64,000 bases of DNA from Candidatus Latescibacterota bacterium (lineage in GTDB: Bacteria > Latescibacterota > UBA2968 > UBA8231), in contig OZ241362.1 of assembly GCA_965200315.1 (NCBI GenBank), positions 3,168,001-3,232,000 of the forward strand, written 5' to 3'. Made by a program: the position numbers and the translations under genes. Under the pieces are notes generated by a model. It worked only from the letters and a program-made list of their open reading frames with translations, did not search any database and had not been told where the DNA came from. Positions within the stretch are counted from its first letter, which is position 1; each line of letters opens with the position of its first letter. Of the stretch, positions 9,117 through 18,991 are shown piece after piece.

Positions 9117-9947
9117 ATGTCCCATCCGCTCTTCGACCTATCCAATCGCGTCGCCTTGGTCTCTGGGGCGGCTAGCGGCCTCGGCAAAGCTATGGCCACC
9201 GGCTTTGCCGAAGCAGGGGCCCACCTCGTCTTGGCCGACATTAACGCCGACGGTTTGGCCACGGCAGCCCGCGAAATGGGTGCCTTGGGCCGCCGCGTCC
9301 TCCCGGTGACGTGCGACATGTCCCAACCCGATCAGATTCGCACCATGTTTGAATCAATAGATGCGGAATACGGTCGCATCGACATCGTGGGCAATGTGGC
9401 CGGCAATGCGCGGCGCAACACCCCGCTCGACCTGACGCCCGAGGAGGTCGAGTTTACCCTGCAAAACCTCGTCGTCGGCCGCTTGGTCTGTTGCCAAGAG
9501 GCCGGCCGGCGCATGATGGCCTCGGGCCACGGCGGCAGCATCATCAACCTCGTGTCGATCGCCGGCATCAATGCCCTCGGCCGCAGTCACCTCTCGTACA
9601 GCATGGGTATGGGTGCGGCCGCGCAGATGACCCGCGAGTTGAGCACAGAGTGGGCCGCCAAGGGCGTGCGCGTCAACGCCATTGTCTGCGCCCAGCTAAT
9701 GAACGCGGACCTAAAGGAGCGCATCGCCGCGGATCCCGGGCTGGGCGCAACCTATTTGCACGGGCTCCCCATGGGCCGTCTCGGCAGCTCCAACGACATC
9801 AAGGGCGCGGCGATTTTCCTCGCTTCAGACGCCTCGGCTTGGATCACCGGCGCGATGCTGCCCCTAGACGGCGGCAACCTCTCCAAGAACGCCGGCGGCT
9901 CGCATCCGGGCATGCCCAACGCGCCCGCCGAACAGATTGGCCTCTAG
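9117..9947 (+). CDS. SDR family oxidoreductase
   Basis: VALVSGAASGLG, GVRVNAI, LPLDGG; catalytic YxxxK is atypical (YSMGM). Confidence 0.88.
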   Translation: MSHPLFDLSNRVALVSGAASGLGKAMATGFAEAGAHLVLADINADGLATAAREMGALGRRVLPVTCDMSQPDQIRTMFESIDAEYGRIDIVGNVAGNARRNTPLDLTPEEVEFTLQNLVVGRLVCCQEAGRRMMASGHGGSIINLVSIAGINALGRSHLSYSMGMGAAAQMTRELSTEWAAKGVRVNAIVCAQLMNADLKERIAADPGLGATYLHGLPMGRLGSSNDIKGAAIFLASDASAWITGAMLPLDGGNLSKNAGGSHPGMPNAPAEQIGL

Positions 9948-9950
9948 GCC

Positions 9951-10688
9951 ATGGATATTGGCATCTGGCAAACCATTCCCCAACCGGCAATTTCCCGCTA
10001 CTTGGGGCTGATGGGCTGGGACTGGATCGTCCTCGACCTCCAGCACGGCCCGATGACTTGGGAAACCGCCTATGAGTGCATCTACGCCGCTCGCCCAACC
10101 GGTGCTCGCCCCTTGGTCCGCACCTCCATTGGCAACCCCGGCGAAGTGGAGAAAGCCCTCGATATAGGAGCGGGTGGAGTCGTCGTGCCCATGGTCAACT
10201 CGCTTGCTGCGGCCCAAGCCGTCGCTCGCGCCGCCAAGTACCCACCCACCGGAGTGCGCTCGCTGGGCGGCGACCACTATCTCCACTACGGCGACTCCTA
10301 CTTTGAAAAGGCCAACGACGAGACCTTGCTCCTAGTGCAAATGGAACACATTGACGCTGTTGAGCAAGCCGAAGAAATCATGGCCCTGCCCGGCGTTGAT
10401 GGCTGCTTTGTCGGGCCGGTTGACCTAGCGCTATCGCTGGGCCTGTCCCGCCATCGCGCCAGCTACGAACAGCACCCGGCCTATCAGACGGCGATGGAGC
10501 GGATTGTCGCCACAACCCTTGCCGCCGGCAAAAAGCCCTGCTGTAACACGTATGCCCCCGAGGACTTCGCGGCCAAAAAAGCCGCCGGCTTCCAAGCCCT
10601 CACATTCAAGTCGGACCTCGACCTGCTTATGGACCGAGGTGCTCAACTACTAAGCTGTCTCAGGGGAAGCACCGGAGACGCCGTGTAA
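9951..10688 (+). CDS. HpcH/HpaI aldolase family protein
   Basis: DWIVLDLQHG, VVVPMVN, KYPPTGVRS, VQME, FVGPVDL. Confidence 0.9.
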   Translation: MDIGIWQTIPQPAISRYLGLMGWDWIVLDLQHGPMTWETAYECIYAARPTGARPLVRTSIGNPGEVEKALDIGAGGVVVPMVNSLAAAQAVARAAKYPPTGVRSLGGDHYLHYGDSYFEKANDETLLLVQMEHIDAVEQAEEIMALPGVDGCFVGPVDLALSLGLSRHRASYEQHPAYQTAMERIVATTLAAGKKPCCNTYAPEDFAAKKAAGFQALTFKSDLDLLMDRGAQLLSCLRGSTGDAV

Positions 10689-10716
10689 CACAAAGGCCAA
10701 ACGGACGGAGATTGCC

Positions 10717-11532
10717 ATGACCCTCACCTGCGCCGATGTAGATTTCGACCTCAAACTCGCCGAGTTCAAAATCAACGGCTACGCCGTCTTTGAGGACATG
10801 ATCCCCAGCGAAAAGATCGACCGGATCCGCGAGGCATTCCTGCCGCTATTGGCACACATCCAAGAGCGCGAAACAGAAGTTTCGAGTGTCGAACTCGGCG
10901 ACCCACGCATCGGCCAAGGGCGCTTGCAGACGACCAATCGCTACACCCTGACCATCCCGTGGATCGAACCTTTCGCCGACCCGGCCATTTACGAACACCC
11001 CGTCATCTTAGAATTCCTCGACCGCTTCTGGCGTCCCGACGGCTACGTCATCACCTGCTACCACTCCAATACCCCCTGCGCGGAAAGCGCCTTCCAACAG
11101 TGGCACCGCGACACCGGCATCGCCCGCGAGATCCCCCACGTCGGCCTCGAAACCGTCCCCGTAGTAGGCGTCAAGTTTCCCTTGGTCGAGACCTCGGAAG
11201 AAAACGGCAGCTTTGAGGTGCTTCCTTCGACTCAGTATATAGCCGACCCGGAATTTGAGGGGCGTTACGACGAAATCCTTCTCAAGGGCCACTTCCCCTC
11301 GGCCCATCGCCTCAACCTCAAAAAAGGCTCGATGTGGGTCCAAGACCCGCGCACCCTCCACCGCGGCACCCCCAACCGCACCCCAGACCCGCGCCCCGAG
11401 CTCGTCGTCTGCTACTGCCGCGACTGGTTCGCCATCGCGCAAAACGTCGAGATGCCACAGGCTTCCTACGAGTCGCTATCCGAAAAAGGTCAGCAGTTGC
11501 TAATGCGCTACCGGAAGGTCGAGTGGGATTGA
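10717..11532 (+). CDS. Phytanoyl-CoA dioxygenase (PhyH) family protein
   Basis: FKINGYAVF, QQWHRD, ENGSFEVLP, LHRGTPN. Confidence 0.88.
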   Translation: MTLTCADVDFDLKLAEFKINGYAVFEDMIPSEKIDRIREAFLPLLAHIQERETEVSSVELGDPRIGQGRLQTTNRYTLTIPWIEPFADPAIYEHPVILEFLDRFWRPDGYVITCYHSNTPCAESAFQQWHRDTGIAREIPHVGLETVPVVGVKFPLVETSEENGSFEVLPSTQYIADPEFEGRYDEILLKGHFPSAHRLNLKKGSMWVQDPRTLHRGTPNRTPDPRPELVVCYCRDWFAIAQNVEMPQASYESLSEKGQQLLMRYRKVEWD

Positions 11533-11552
11533 GTGTTGGCTCCCTACGCTCC

Positions 11553-11847
11553 TATAGCCGTCCTACATGCGTTGCAAGCGTGGAACGTTCAGCGGCACCG
11601 TGCGGCACCGTCTTCGCGGCGTTGTCGGCCGTAGGCGAGCGGGCGAGACGCCAGCGCACCCAGCCATGCTGCAGCTGTCTAGGCATTATAGTCTCCTAAG
11701 TTTAACGCGAGCGGGCGAGACGCCAGCGCACCCAGCCATGCTGCAGCTGTCTAGGCATTATAGTCTCCTAAGTTTAACGCGAGCGGGCGAGACGCCAGCG
11801 CACCCAGCCATGCTGCGCATCGTATAGAAGGACGTAGGATTGCTATA
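11553..11847. mobile_element. MITE with IS630-type termini carrying REP-like tandem repeat
   Basis: Left TATAGCCGTCCTAC (11553-11566), right GTAGGATTGCTATA (11834-11847); same terminus family as 4508-4615. Confidence 0.65.
11635..11816. repeat. Three 38-bp REP-like units separated by two identical 34-bp inserts (72-bp period)
   Basis: GCGAGCGGGCGAGACGCCAGCGCACCCAGCCATGCTGC at 11635, 11707, 11779; insert AGCTGTCTAGGCATTATAGTCTCCTAAGTTTAAC. Confidence 0.95.
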
Positions 11848-13084
11848 ACACTTCCCGGGCAACTCTGAGGATGTTGTCGCCGAGGATTTTGCGAATGTCG
11901 TCGTCGGCATAACCGCGTTGCACCATGCCGACCGTAAATAGGGGGAAATTGGTCCAAGCCGTACTCTGGAACATGCGCTCTTGACGCCACTCGGAGCGTT
12001 GCACGGGATCGTCGCTCTCCCATAGTGCCTCCCAGCGCGGGCGGCTGCCCGGTCGCGCTGGGACCTTGGCATTCTCTTCCTGGGCGCGGCAGCTAAGGTA
12101 CGCTCGATCCGTGCCAATCGTCACGTGATCGACGCCGACGACCTGCACCGCGTGGTCTATGTGATCGAGCATGGCGTCGATGCAGCCGCTGCCGCCGACA
12201 AAGGCCGGCACATTGGTGATGCCCACCGTTCCGCCCTTGTTGGCGATCGCTCTCATCACCTCGTCTGGCTTGCAGCGATGGTGGGGGTTCAGGGCTGCGC
12301 AGGCCGAATGGCTGGAGACGATTGGCTTTTGCGACACTTCGGCTGCGTCTAGGCAGGTCTGCCAGCCCGAGTGGGCCACGTCGGCAATCACGCCGGCCTT
12401 GTTCATCTCGGCGATCACAGCCCGGCCAAAGTCACTCAAACTGGCGTTAGCCGGCTCGGCACAGCCATCGCCAATCGGATTGCGGCGGTTGTAGGTCAGG
12501 TGCATCATGCGGCAGCCAAGCTCGAAGAACTGGCTGATGAAACGCAACTCCTGCTCGACAGTGGCCTGTTCTCCTGGGAGGGGTACGCCGTTACACGTCT
12601 GGTAAATGCAGTGGCGTCCGGCGGCTTTTGCTGCGACGATGTCGTCGGGGAAGGCCGCACGCGCCACGTGATCGCGCATGCGATCCGTCAGATGCGTATA
12701 GTGCGCTAGTCGCCCCAACATGCGCATGGGGTTATTGCCCTCCTCGCCGGCATTTTGAAAGGCGCAAGTCACTCCAGACGCCTCCCAAGCTCCCAAATAC
12801 TCGGCCTTTAGCTCGTCGTCGTAGGCCCAGCGCGTCATTCGCATCTGCTCCGACAGGTACTGCAGCTCGACTTCTGAGGCCCGCGCCTCCACGGCCTGCG
12901 CCATGACTTCGCCATCGATTGGCGCTAGCAGCCCGAGGCTGTACGACTCGCACACAATGGCGTCGCGGTGCAAGGCCAACCCGTGCTCCAACTGCGACGC
13001 GGATGGTTGCAGGATTTCGAGCGCCACAGCCCTCGCTTGTTGGATATTTTTTTCCCAAGTGGTCATGTATTCTTTCCTTTTCAC
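11843..13084 (-). CDS. Membrane dipeptidase (peptidase M19)
   Basis: LTYNRRN.IGDG, DVAHSG, SSHS, GVDHVTIGTD, KILGDN. Confidence 0.9.
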   Translation of the reverse strand: MKRKEYMTTWEKNIQQARAVALEILQPSASQLEHGLALHRDAIVCESYSLGLLAPIDGEVMAQAVEARASEVELQYLSEQMRMTRWAYDDELKAEYLGAWEASGVTCAFQNAGEEGNNPMRMLGRLAHYTHLTDRMRDHVARAAFPDDIVAAKAAGRHCIYQTCNGVPLPGEQATVEQELRFISQFFELGCRMMHLTYNRRNPIGDGCAEPANASLSDFGRAVIAEMNKAGVIADVAHSGWQTCLDAAEVSQKPIVSSHSACAALNPHHRCKPDEVMRAIANKGGTVGITNVPAFVGGSGCIDAMLDHIDHAVQVVGVDHVTIGTDRAYLSCRAQEENAKVPARPGSRPRWEALWESDDPVQRSEWRQERMFQSTAWTNFPLFTVGMVQRGYADDDIRKILGDNILRVAREVL

Positions 13085-13087
13085 GGG

Positions 13088-13372
13088 TCAATCAGGGATC
13101 AACTCAATGTTGAGGCGACATCCTACGGCCTCAGCGTATTTCCGCAGCGTCTCGACTTTGGGCGAGTGTTCACTGCTGGCAGACTCTAAGCGGGTGATCG
13201 CCGTCGCCTTCGTGCCCATCTTCTCAGCTACCTGCTCTTGAGTCAGGCCAGCCCGTTTTCGCGCTTCGAGCATCTTGCGCAGCAATTCAAGCTCGGGTGC
13301 TGCTGCATCAGACTTTTCTTTGTATTTAGGCTGCGACCGCATCTTTTCGATCAATTCTTTGTGCGTCATCAT
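13088..13372 (-). CDS. XRE-family HTH antitoxin (HigA-like)
   Basis: ARKRAGLTQEQVAEKMGT...ITRLES...TLRKYAEAVG. Confidence 0.88.
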   Translation of the reverse strand: MMTHKELIEKMRSQPKYKEKSDAAAPELELLRKMLEARKRAGLTQEQVAEKMGTKATAITRLESASSEHSPKVETLRKYAEAVGCRLNIELIPD

Positions 13373-13393
13373 CTTAATTCTTCATTCCTCCTA

Positions 13394-13466
13394 ATTTTGA
13401 GAATTCCTGAGTTCTGATAGCTACCTTCTGGCGGTTTCAAGCTCCTTATTTGGTGTCTTTTGAGAC
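13394..13466 (-). pseudogene. C-terminal remnant of RelE/Gp49-like toxin
   Basis: [18 protein letters not shown] immediately upstream of XRE gene, matching the KKxQKTPxxELxxAxxR toxin C-terminus. Confidence 0.65.
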
Positions 13467-13479
13467 TTCTACACCACCA

Positions 13480-13800
13480 CCCTCGTCTCCGTATCTCCCG
13501 CGGCCAGCGTTCATGTCGCGGGTGCGGTATGTTGCTTCATCTTCGCGGCGGACGATGAGGAAGGTGTCGAACACGTAGGCCGCGTCGTCCCGCGACAGGC
13601 CGTAGAGGTGGAAGTAGAGCGCGTCGAGACGGGCGCGCAGGTGGCGGCGTTCCTCCCGATTTCTGTGCAAGTGCATTCACCAAGTTGGGAAACACCCGCT
13701 CGAACACCACTCCCAAAAGGATCCTGCGCGACCTGTTCTTCCGTAGCGACGACCCTCAGCCAGCACCGCTTCGAGAAACGTAGTCGTAGCTCAAGCCGCC
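13480..13800 (-). pseudogene. Type IIG (Eco57I-like) restriction-modification enzyme relic
   Basis: [38 protein letters not shown] (two +1 shifts) joined to the C-terminal [40 protein letters not shown]. Confidence 0.7.
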
Positions 13801-13863
13801 GAGCGGCGAAATCCCCAAAGTGCCCGTGTCCGTGCATCCCTTTTTCGACAAGCGGACTCCTTA

Positions 13864-14002
13864 GCCGCCGTCTTAAAATGCCCGTCGGGTTGGCTTGCCC
13901 GGAGTAGTCTTGGCCGCCGGGGTTTTTCGCGGGCGAGACGCCCTCGAACCAAGGCTCTTTGAGCCAGTTGAGGAGCCGAACTTGGAGTTTTCAGACGGCT
14001 TC
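13864..14002. mobile_element. 139-bp IS5-type MITE with TTA target duplication
   Basis: Ends GCCGCCGTCTTAAAAT / GTTTTCAGACGGCTTC, flanked by TTA (13861-63) and TTA (14003-05); right end matches IS5 terminus at 51262. Confidence 0.75.
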
Positions 14003-14163
14003 TTAGTAGGTTTATGTGCCGCGGCCTTGGTTGGGCTCGGTGCGCTTTGCGTCCGCCCTACCGATCCGCCGTTTAACATGCCCCCCGCCTCATCTCTACA
14101 CCGGATCCAACGCTGACGCGGATGCAGCAGGCGAGGAGTTTTGGAGGATAGTGGCGTAGTGAT

Positions 14164-16254
14164 TTAACGCGCCGCCGTCAGCACCATCTGCCCAACCTCG
14201 TCGACACGCACTTGGTACTGAGGATGGACGACAGTGGTTGAATCGATCTCCTCGACGATGGCCGGCCCCTGCACTACCACACCAGCCCCCAGCGCATAGC
14301 GGTCGTACACCGGGCATTGGACAAAGCCGTCGCTTTCGGCAAAATACACTAGGCGATGCTCCTTAGCGGTCGCTGGTCCGGCGGCCTTGGCGATGGGGGC
14401 CAGCGCGGGTTTGGCAATCTGGCCGATGGCCGCAAGCCGCACACTGACTAGCTCGACAGGCTCGCCCGGCGCACTAAAGCCATAGGCGCGATCGTGGGTG
14501 CGGTGGAACTGTTCGAGTAGCTGCTCTAGCTGCGCTGGGCCCAAGGCTTTGTTTGCCAATGGCAGCGTCAGCTCGTGGCTCTGCCCAACGTAGCGCATAT
14601 CCGCTTGCCGTCTGAAGGCCATCGCCGCTTCCGCCATCCCTTCGCGCCCCAGCGTTTCTCGCCCCTGCGCCTCTAACTCGCGGAAGGTCTGCTCCAAGGC
14701 TTGGGGAGCTACTTGGTCCAACCGCTGGATGAGGGTGGTCGCGTAATCGTGCTTTAGGTCCGTTACCAACAGGCCCAGTGCCGAGGCCGTGCCCGGACTT
14801 TGGGGAATGATCGCCACGGGAATCTCGGTCAGGGCGGCGAGGCGGTTGGCGTGGGCCGGCCCGGCGCCGCCAAAGGCTACCAGCGCGAAATCGCGCGGGT
14901 CGTAGCCGCGCTGTACGGAGACGAGCCGCAGTGCGTTGACCATGGCGGTGTTGGCGATCTCGACGATGCCATAGGCCGCCTCGACTAGGTTCATGCCCAG
15001 CGGCTGGGCGCAGTGTTGTTCGATGGCGCGTTGCGCGGCCGCCGGGTCGAGGGCGATTTCGCCGCCGAGAAAATAGCTCGGGTTGAGCCGGCCCAAGACG
15101 AGGTTGGCGTCGGTGACCGTGGGTTGCGTCCCACCTTGGCCGTAGCAGACCGGCCCGGGATCGGCCCCGGCGCTTTGGGGGCCGACCCGCAGGATACCGC
15201 CGGGATCTACCCAAGCGATGGACCCGCCACCCGCGCCGATTTCCACGAGGTCAATCACCGGGGTGCGAATCGGATACCCCGCACCGCGAGTCGCCCCAAC
15301 GCCCGTTTGCGCCGTCGTCCCGACCTCGTAGTCCTTGGTCACGCTGGGCGCACCGTCTTGAATCAGCCCGGCTTTGGCGGTCGTCCCGCCCATATCGAAG
15401 GAAATCACTTGGCCGTAGCCCCGTGCCTGCCCCAAATGCGCTGCCGCAATCACCCCGGCGGCCGGACCGGACTCAACCATGTACACCGGCTTTTGCCGCG
15501 CCGCCGCAAAGGTGTACACTCCACCGCTACTCTGCATTACGAGCAACTCAGCGGCGATGCCGGCCTGTGCCAACCGATCTTCGATCCGCTGCAAATAGCG
15601 CGCGACCACCGGGCGGATGCAGCTATTAATCGCGGTCGTGCTGGCCCGCAAGTACTCGCGGAACTCAGGTGCAACTTCCGCGGATAGCGAGACGACGGCC
15701 TCGGGGAAGACTTCGGCGAGAATCTCTCCGGCTCGCTGCTCGTGGACGGGATTGGCGTAGGCGTGCAAAAAGCAGACGGCGATGGATTCCACGCCCTCGT
15801 CGCGTAGCTTGCCCGCTACTTGGCGCAGGGCGTCTTCGTCGAGCGGGATCAGCACGGACCCGCTGGCATTGAGGCGTTCGGGCACGCCAAAACAGCGGTG
15901 CCTCGGCACGAGTGGCCGGGGTTTTTCAAACTGCAAGTCGTAGAGGGTCGGGCGAATCTGGCGGGCGATTTCCAGCATATCGCGGAAGCCGTCCGTGGTG
16001 ATAAAGCCGGTCGGCGCGACCTTGCCCTCGATGATGGCGTTGGTGGCGACTGTGGTGCCGTGGACGATGTAGGCCACGTCTTGGGCAGCAACCTGCTGCT
16101 TGGCGAGCAGCCGCTGCACGGCTTCCATAAACCCGCCGGATGGGTCTTGGGGAGTGGAAGAAACCTTGCCGGTATAGATTTGTCCGGTCTCTTCGTCAAT
16201 GAGCGCAATATCGGTAAAGGTGCCGCCGATATCGACGCCGAGTCTATAGGCCAT
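14164..16254 (-). CDS. Hydantoinase A / 5-oxoprolinase family subunit
   Basis: MAYRLGVDIGGTFTD, HGTTVATN, SGPAAG, DMGGTT, GAGGGS; start taken at ATG 16254. Confidence 0.93.
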   Translation of the reverse strand: MAYRLGVDIGGTFTDIALIDEETGQIYTGKVSSTPQDPSGGFMEAVQRLLAKQQVAAQDVAYIVHGTTVATNAIIEGKVAPTGFITTDGFRDMLEIARQIRPTLYDLQFEKPRPLVPRHRCFGVPERLNASGSVLIPLDEDALRQVAGKLRDEGVESIAVCFLHAYANPVHEQRAGEILAEVFPEAVVSLSAEVAPEFREYLRASTTAINSCIRPVVARYLQRIEDRLAQAGIAAELLVMQSSGGVYTFAAARQKPVYMVESGPAAGVIAAAHLGQARGYGQVISFDMGGTTAKAGLIQDGAPSVTKDYEVGTTAQTGVGATRGAGYPIRTPVIDLVEIGAGGGSIAWVDPGGILRVGPQSAGADPGPVCYGQGGTQPTVTDANLVLGRLNPSYFLGGEIALDPAAAQRAIEQHCAQPLGMNLVEAAYGIVEIANTAMVNALRLVSVQRGYDPRDFALVAFGGAGPAHANRLAALTEIPVAIIPQSPGTASALGLLVTDLKHDYATTLIQRLDQVAPQALEQTFRELEAQGRETLGREGMAEAAMAFRRQADMRYVGQSHELTLPLANKALGPAQLEQLLEQFHRTHDRAYGFSAPGEPVELVSVRLAAIGQIAKPALAPIAKAAGPATAKEHRLVYFAESDGFVQCPVYDRYALGAGVVVQGPAIVEEIDSTTVVHPQYQVRVDEVGQMVLTAAR

Positions 16255-17980
16255 CGCCAGCCACCTCCCGGCGCTGGGCCTCGGTCGCCGCTTGATCGAC
16301 TTGTCCGGTGGCACTGTCGATGACCACGCCATACGCGGCCCGCGCCCGCTCCGCGCTTACCTTGCCCTCGCGCACATCCTCGGCCACCGCTTGGGGATCG
16401 CGCTGATGGGGCGGTCCGTAGCCGCCGCCGCCGCAAGTGCGATAGCTGAAGATTGTATCGGCCGCGAGCGCAATCGTCGTTTTGGACCCCAGTTCGACGT
16501 GCTGGCCCTCGGGGTCGAGGATATAACGCGCTTTGCCTCCCGCTTGACCTCCAGCTAGCCCTTCCGGCCCCCAGCGATCCCGGTCCGACAAGACGGTAAA
16601 AGACACTTCGTGATCGATAAATCGGTAGTCGCGCCGCAGTCCCAAGCCACCGCGATGCTGTCCGGCTCCCTCTGAATCCTCTATCAGTTCATAGCGGTCA
16701 ATTCGCAGCGGATAGTTGATTTCGATCTCTTCAATCGGCGCGTTCTCAGTGTTTTGACCGTGGCACTGCACGGCGTCTGGCCCATCCTTGGTACTGCGCC
16801 CTCCATAGCCGCCGGCCATTGTCTCGTAGTAGGAATAAAGCTGCCCAGTGCGCGGGTCGGTGCCGCCGAAGCCGACTTGGCACATCGTCCCCTTGGTCGC
16901 GGCCGGGATCTTGTCGGGCAGCGCCGGATGCAGTGCCTTGAGAATGGTATCGGAGAGCCGCACTTGGGTCTCCCAGCCCCCGACCACGGGCGAAGGTGCC
17001 GTGCAATTGACGACCGTTCCCTCGGGGGCCACGAGCCGCACTTGCTCGTAAAACCCGGCGTTGACCGGCACGTCTTGGTCGATTAGACACTTGAGCACGT
17101 AGGCGCAGGCCGCAAAAGTTTGGGAGTACGTGGAATTGACCGGTGCCCGGCGCTGCGGATCGCACCCTGTCAGGTCGAAGAGCACTCCCTCGTCGTCGAT
17201 GGCGACGCGAGCTTGGAGCCGCACTGGTTCGTCGGTAAAGCCGTCGTTATCGACGACGCCTGTGGCCGTGAACTCCCCCTTGGGCAACTTGGCCAACTCG
17301 GCTAGCGTCCGCTCCTTGGTGTAGTCGATCAGCCGGTCCATGTAGAAAGACACCTGCGCCAATCCCACCTGATTGACGAGCCCGTTGAGCCGGCGAATCC
17401 CCGAATTATTGGCCGCCACTTGGGCGCGAAAGTCGCCGCGCGTCTCCCGCTTGGAGCGGATCTGGGCGATGACCAGTTCAAAGACATCGGCCGCAATCTC
17501 TCCGCCGCGCACCAGCTTTACCGGAGGGATGATGATGCCCTCCTGATATACCTGCTGGAAGGCCCCAATGCTGGCCGGCGCACCGCCGCCGACATCGACG
17601 TGATGGGCGAGATTGGCCACATAGCCGAAGAGTTCCTCGCCGCAATAGACGGGCGAAATCAGCGTGATGTCGTTGAGATGGACTCCGCCGCGATAGGGGT
17701 CGTTGACGAGGATCGCGTCGCCGGGTTGTAAGTTCTCAGATCCGTATTCGGCGACCGCACGAGGCGTGAGGATTGTCAGCGAGCCGAGGTGTACTGGCTG
17801 GGTAAAGGCTTGGGCGACGGGTCGCAACTGGCGGTCGAAAAAGGCGCAGGAGAAATCGGCGCGGGTTTTGATGTTGGTCGAATACGCGCTGCGCCGCAGG
17901 GCAATGGCCATCTCCTCGGTGGCTTCGAGCAGGGCGTTGCGAATGACCTCGAATTGGATGGGGTCGGTCTGGTCGGGCAT
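16244..17980 (-). CDS. Hydantoinase B / 5-oxoprolinase family subunit
   Basis: RSAYSTNIKTRADFSCA, NDPYRGGVHLND, HHVDVGG, GGGGYG. Confidence 0.93.
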   Translation of the reverse strand: MPDQTDPIQFEVIRNALLEATEEMAIALRRSAYSTNIKTRADFSCAFFDRQLRPVAQAFTQPVHLGSLTILTPRAVAEYGSENLQPGDAILVNDPYRGGVHLNDITLISPVYCGEELFGYVANLAHHVDVGGGAPASIGAFQQVYQEGIIIPPVKLVRGGEIAADVFELVIAQIRSKRETRGDFRAQVAANNSGIRRLNGLVNQVGLAQVSFYMDRLIDYTKERTLAELAKLPKGEFTATGVVDNDGFTDEPVRLQARVAIDDEGVLFDLTGCDPQRRAPVNSTYSQTFAACAYVLKCLIDQDVPVNAGFYEQVRLVAPEGTVVNCTAPSPVVGGWETQVRLSDTILKALHPALPDKIPAATKGTMCQVGFGGTDPRTGQLYSYYETMAGGYGGRSTKDGPDAVQCHGQNTENAPIEEIEINYPLRIDRYELIEDSEGAGQHRGGLGLRRDYRFIDHEVSFTVLSDRDRWGPEGLAGGQAGGKARYILDPEGQHVELGSKTTIALAADTIFSYRTCGGGGYGPPHQRDPQAVAEDVREGKVSAERARAAYGVVIDSATGQVDQAATEAQRREVAGDGL

Positions 17981-18190
17981 GGTTTCTCACAGAGTATGAT
18001 CAGGTATGTGTTGACATCTCAGTAGTACAATAAGTACATACGCCGCTAGGGACAAGACAGGGGTGACATCTATGGTTTTCTTGTAGGTTGACCGATCAAG
18101 AGTTGGTGTCGATCTTCTGATTTTCTCCATTTTTCGATACGTAGAGCCATCTAGCAAGTACGCAACTATCCATGATGAGGAATTCTAAAA

Positions 18191-18974
18191 ATGAATAGAT
18201 GGACTGAGTTGAGCATCGACTATGCAAATCAGAGGTCTTACTTGGATGATTTATTCCAAGTATATCCGACGATTCCGGAAGGAATAAGAGATATAGACAA
18301 AGAATCTTGGGCTAAAATTGAGCAGGCATTTTATTATGAAGATAACTACTCTCTAGTTCACGAACTATTAAAACTAGATTTATTTCCAATAAAAGATAGC
18401 TATATTGCTTATCTAAGAAAAGATAGACGAGCAATAGGGAGAAATCCTAGAACTATAAATAGAATCTGTGGTAGATTATATGAGATGGGCATTGATAGGA
18501 TATTTGAGAAATGTACCGAACCGAAGGAAACCAACAGACAAATCGGTCCTATGTTTCGTTATTGGTTGAAAAGAAAATCACTAGGTATTCGTTCCTGTTA
18601 ATTGGGAATTATTTGTTGCGGATAATAAAGATGCAATTTTGGATGGAAGTGATAAAGAAAACATGAATTTTGCAAGGCAATATTTGGGATATAACCATGA
18701 AAAAGGATTGGATTTTGTCGCAAGATTTAACAATAAATACGTTATAGGTGAAGCGAAGTTTCTTACGGATTTTGGAGGACATCAAAATGCCCAATTTAAT
18801 GATGCAATTAGTACGTTGACAACAGAAGGTGCAGAGGCTATTATAATTGCGATACTGGATGGCGTTCTGTACATAAAAAGCAATAATAAGATGTATAAAT
18901 CATTAAATGAAAAATACAAAGGTTATAACATTATGAGTGCATTGGTGTTACGAGAATTCTTATACCAAATATAA
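18191..18974 (+). pseudogene. Type II restriction endonuclease (Tsp45I-like), split by +1 frameshift at ~18590
   Basis: ORFs 18191-18601 and 18639-18974 join as ...LGI/VPVNWELFVADNKDAILDGSD...; PD-(D/E)xK-type LDF...IGEAKFLTDFGGHQNAQ; adjacent MTase; AT-rich. Tsp45I assignment is from recollection. Confidence 0.75.
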
Positions 18975-18991
18975 GAGAGGGATACATACTG

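Noticed and set aside
11635-11816. Canonical CRISPR array
   Set aside because: Spacers are identical, there is no leader or cas gene, and the repeat is a REP-like motif found elsewhere; reported as a repeat instead
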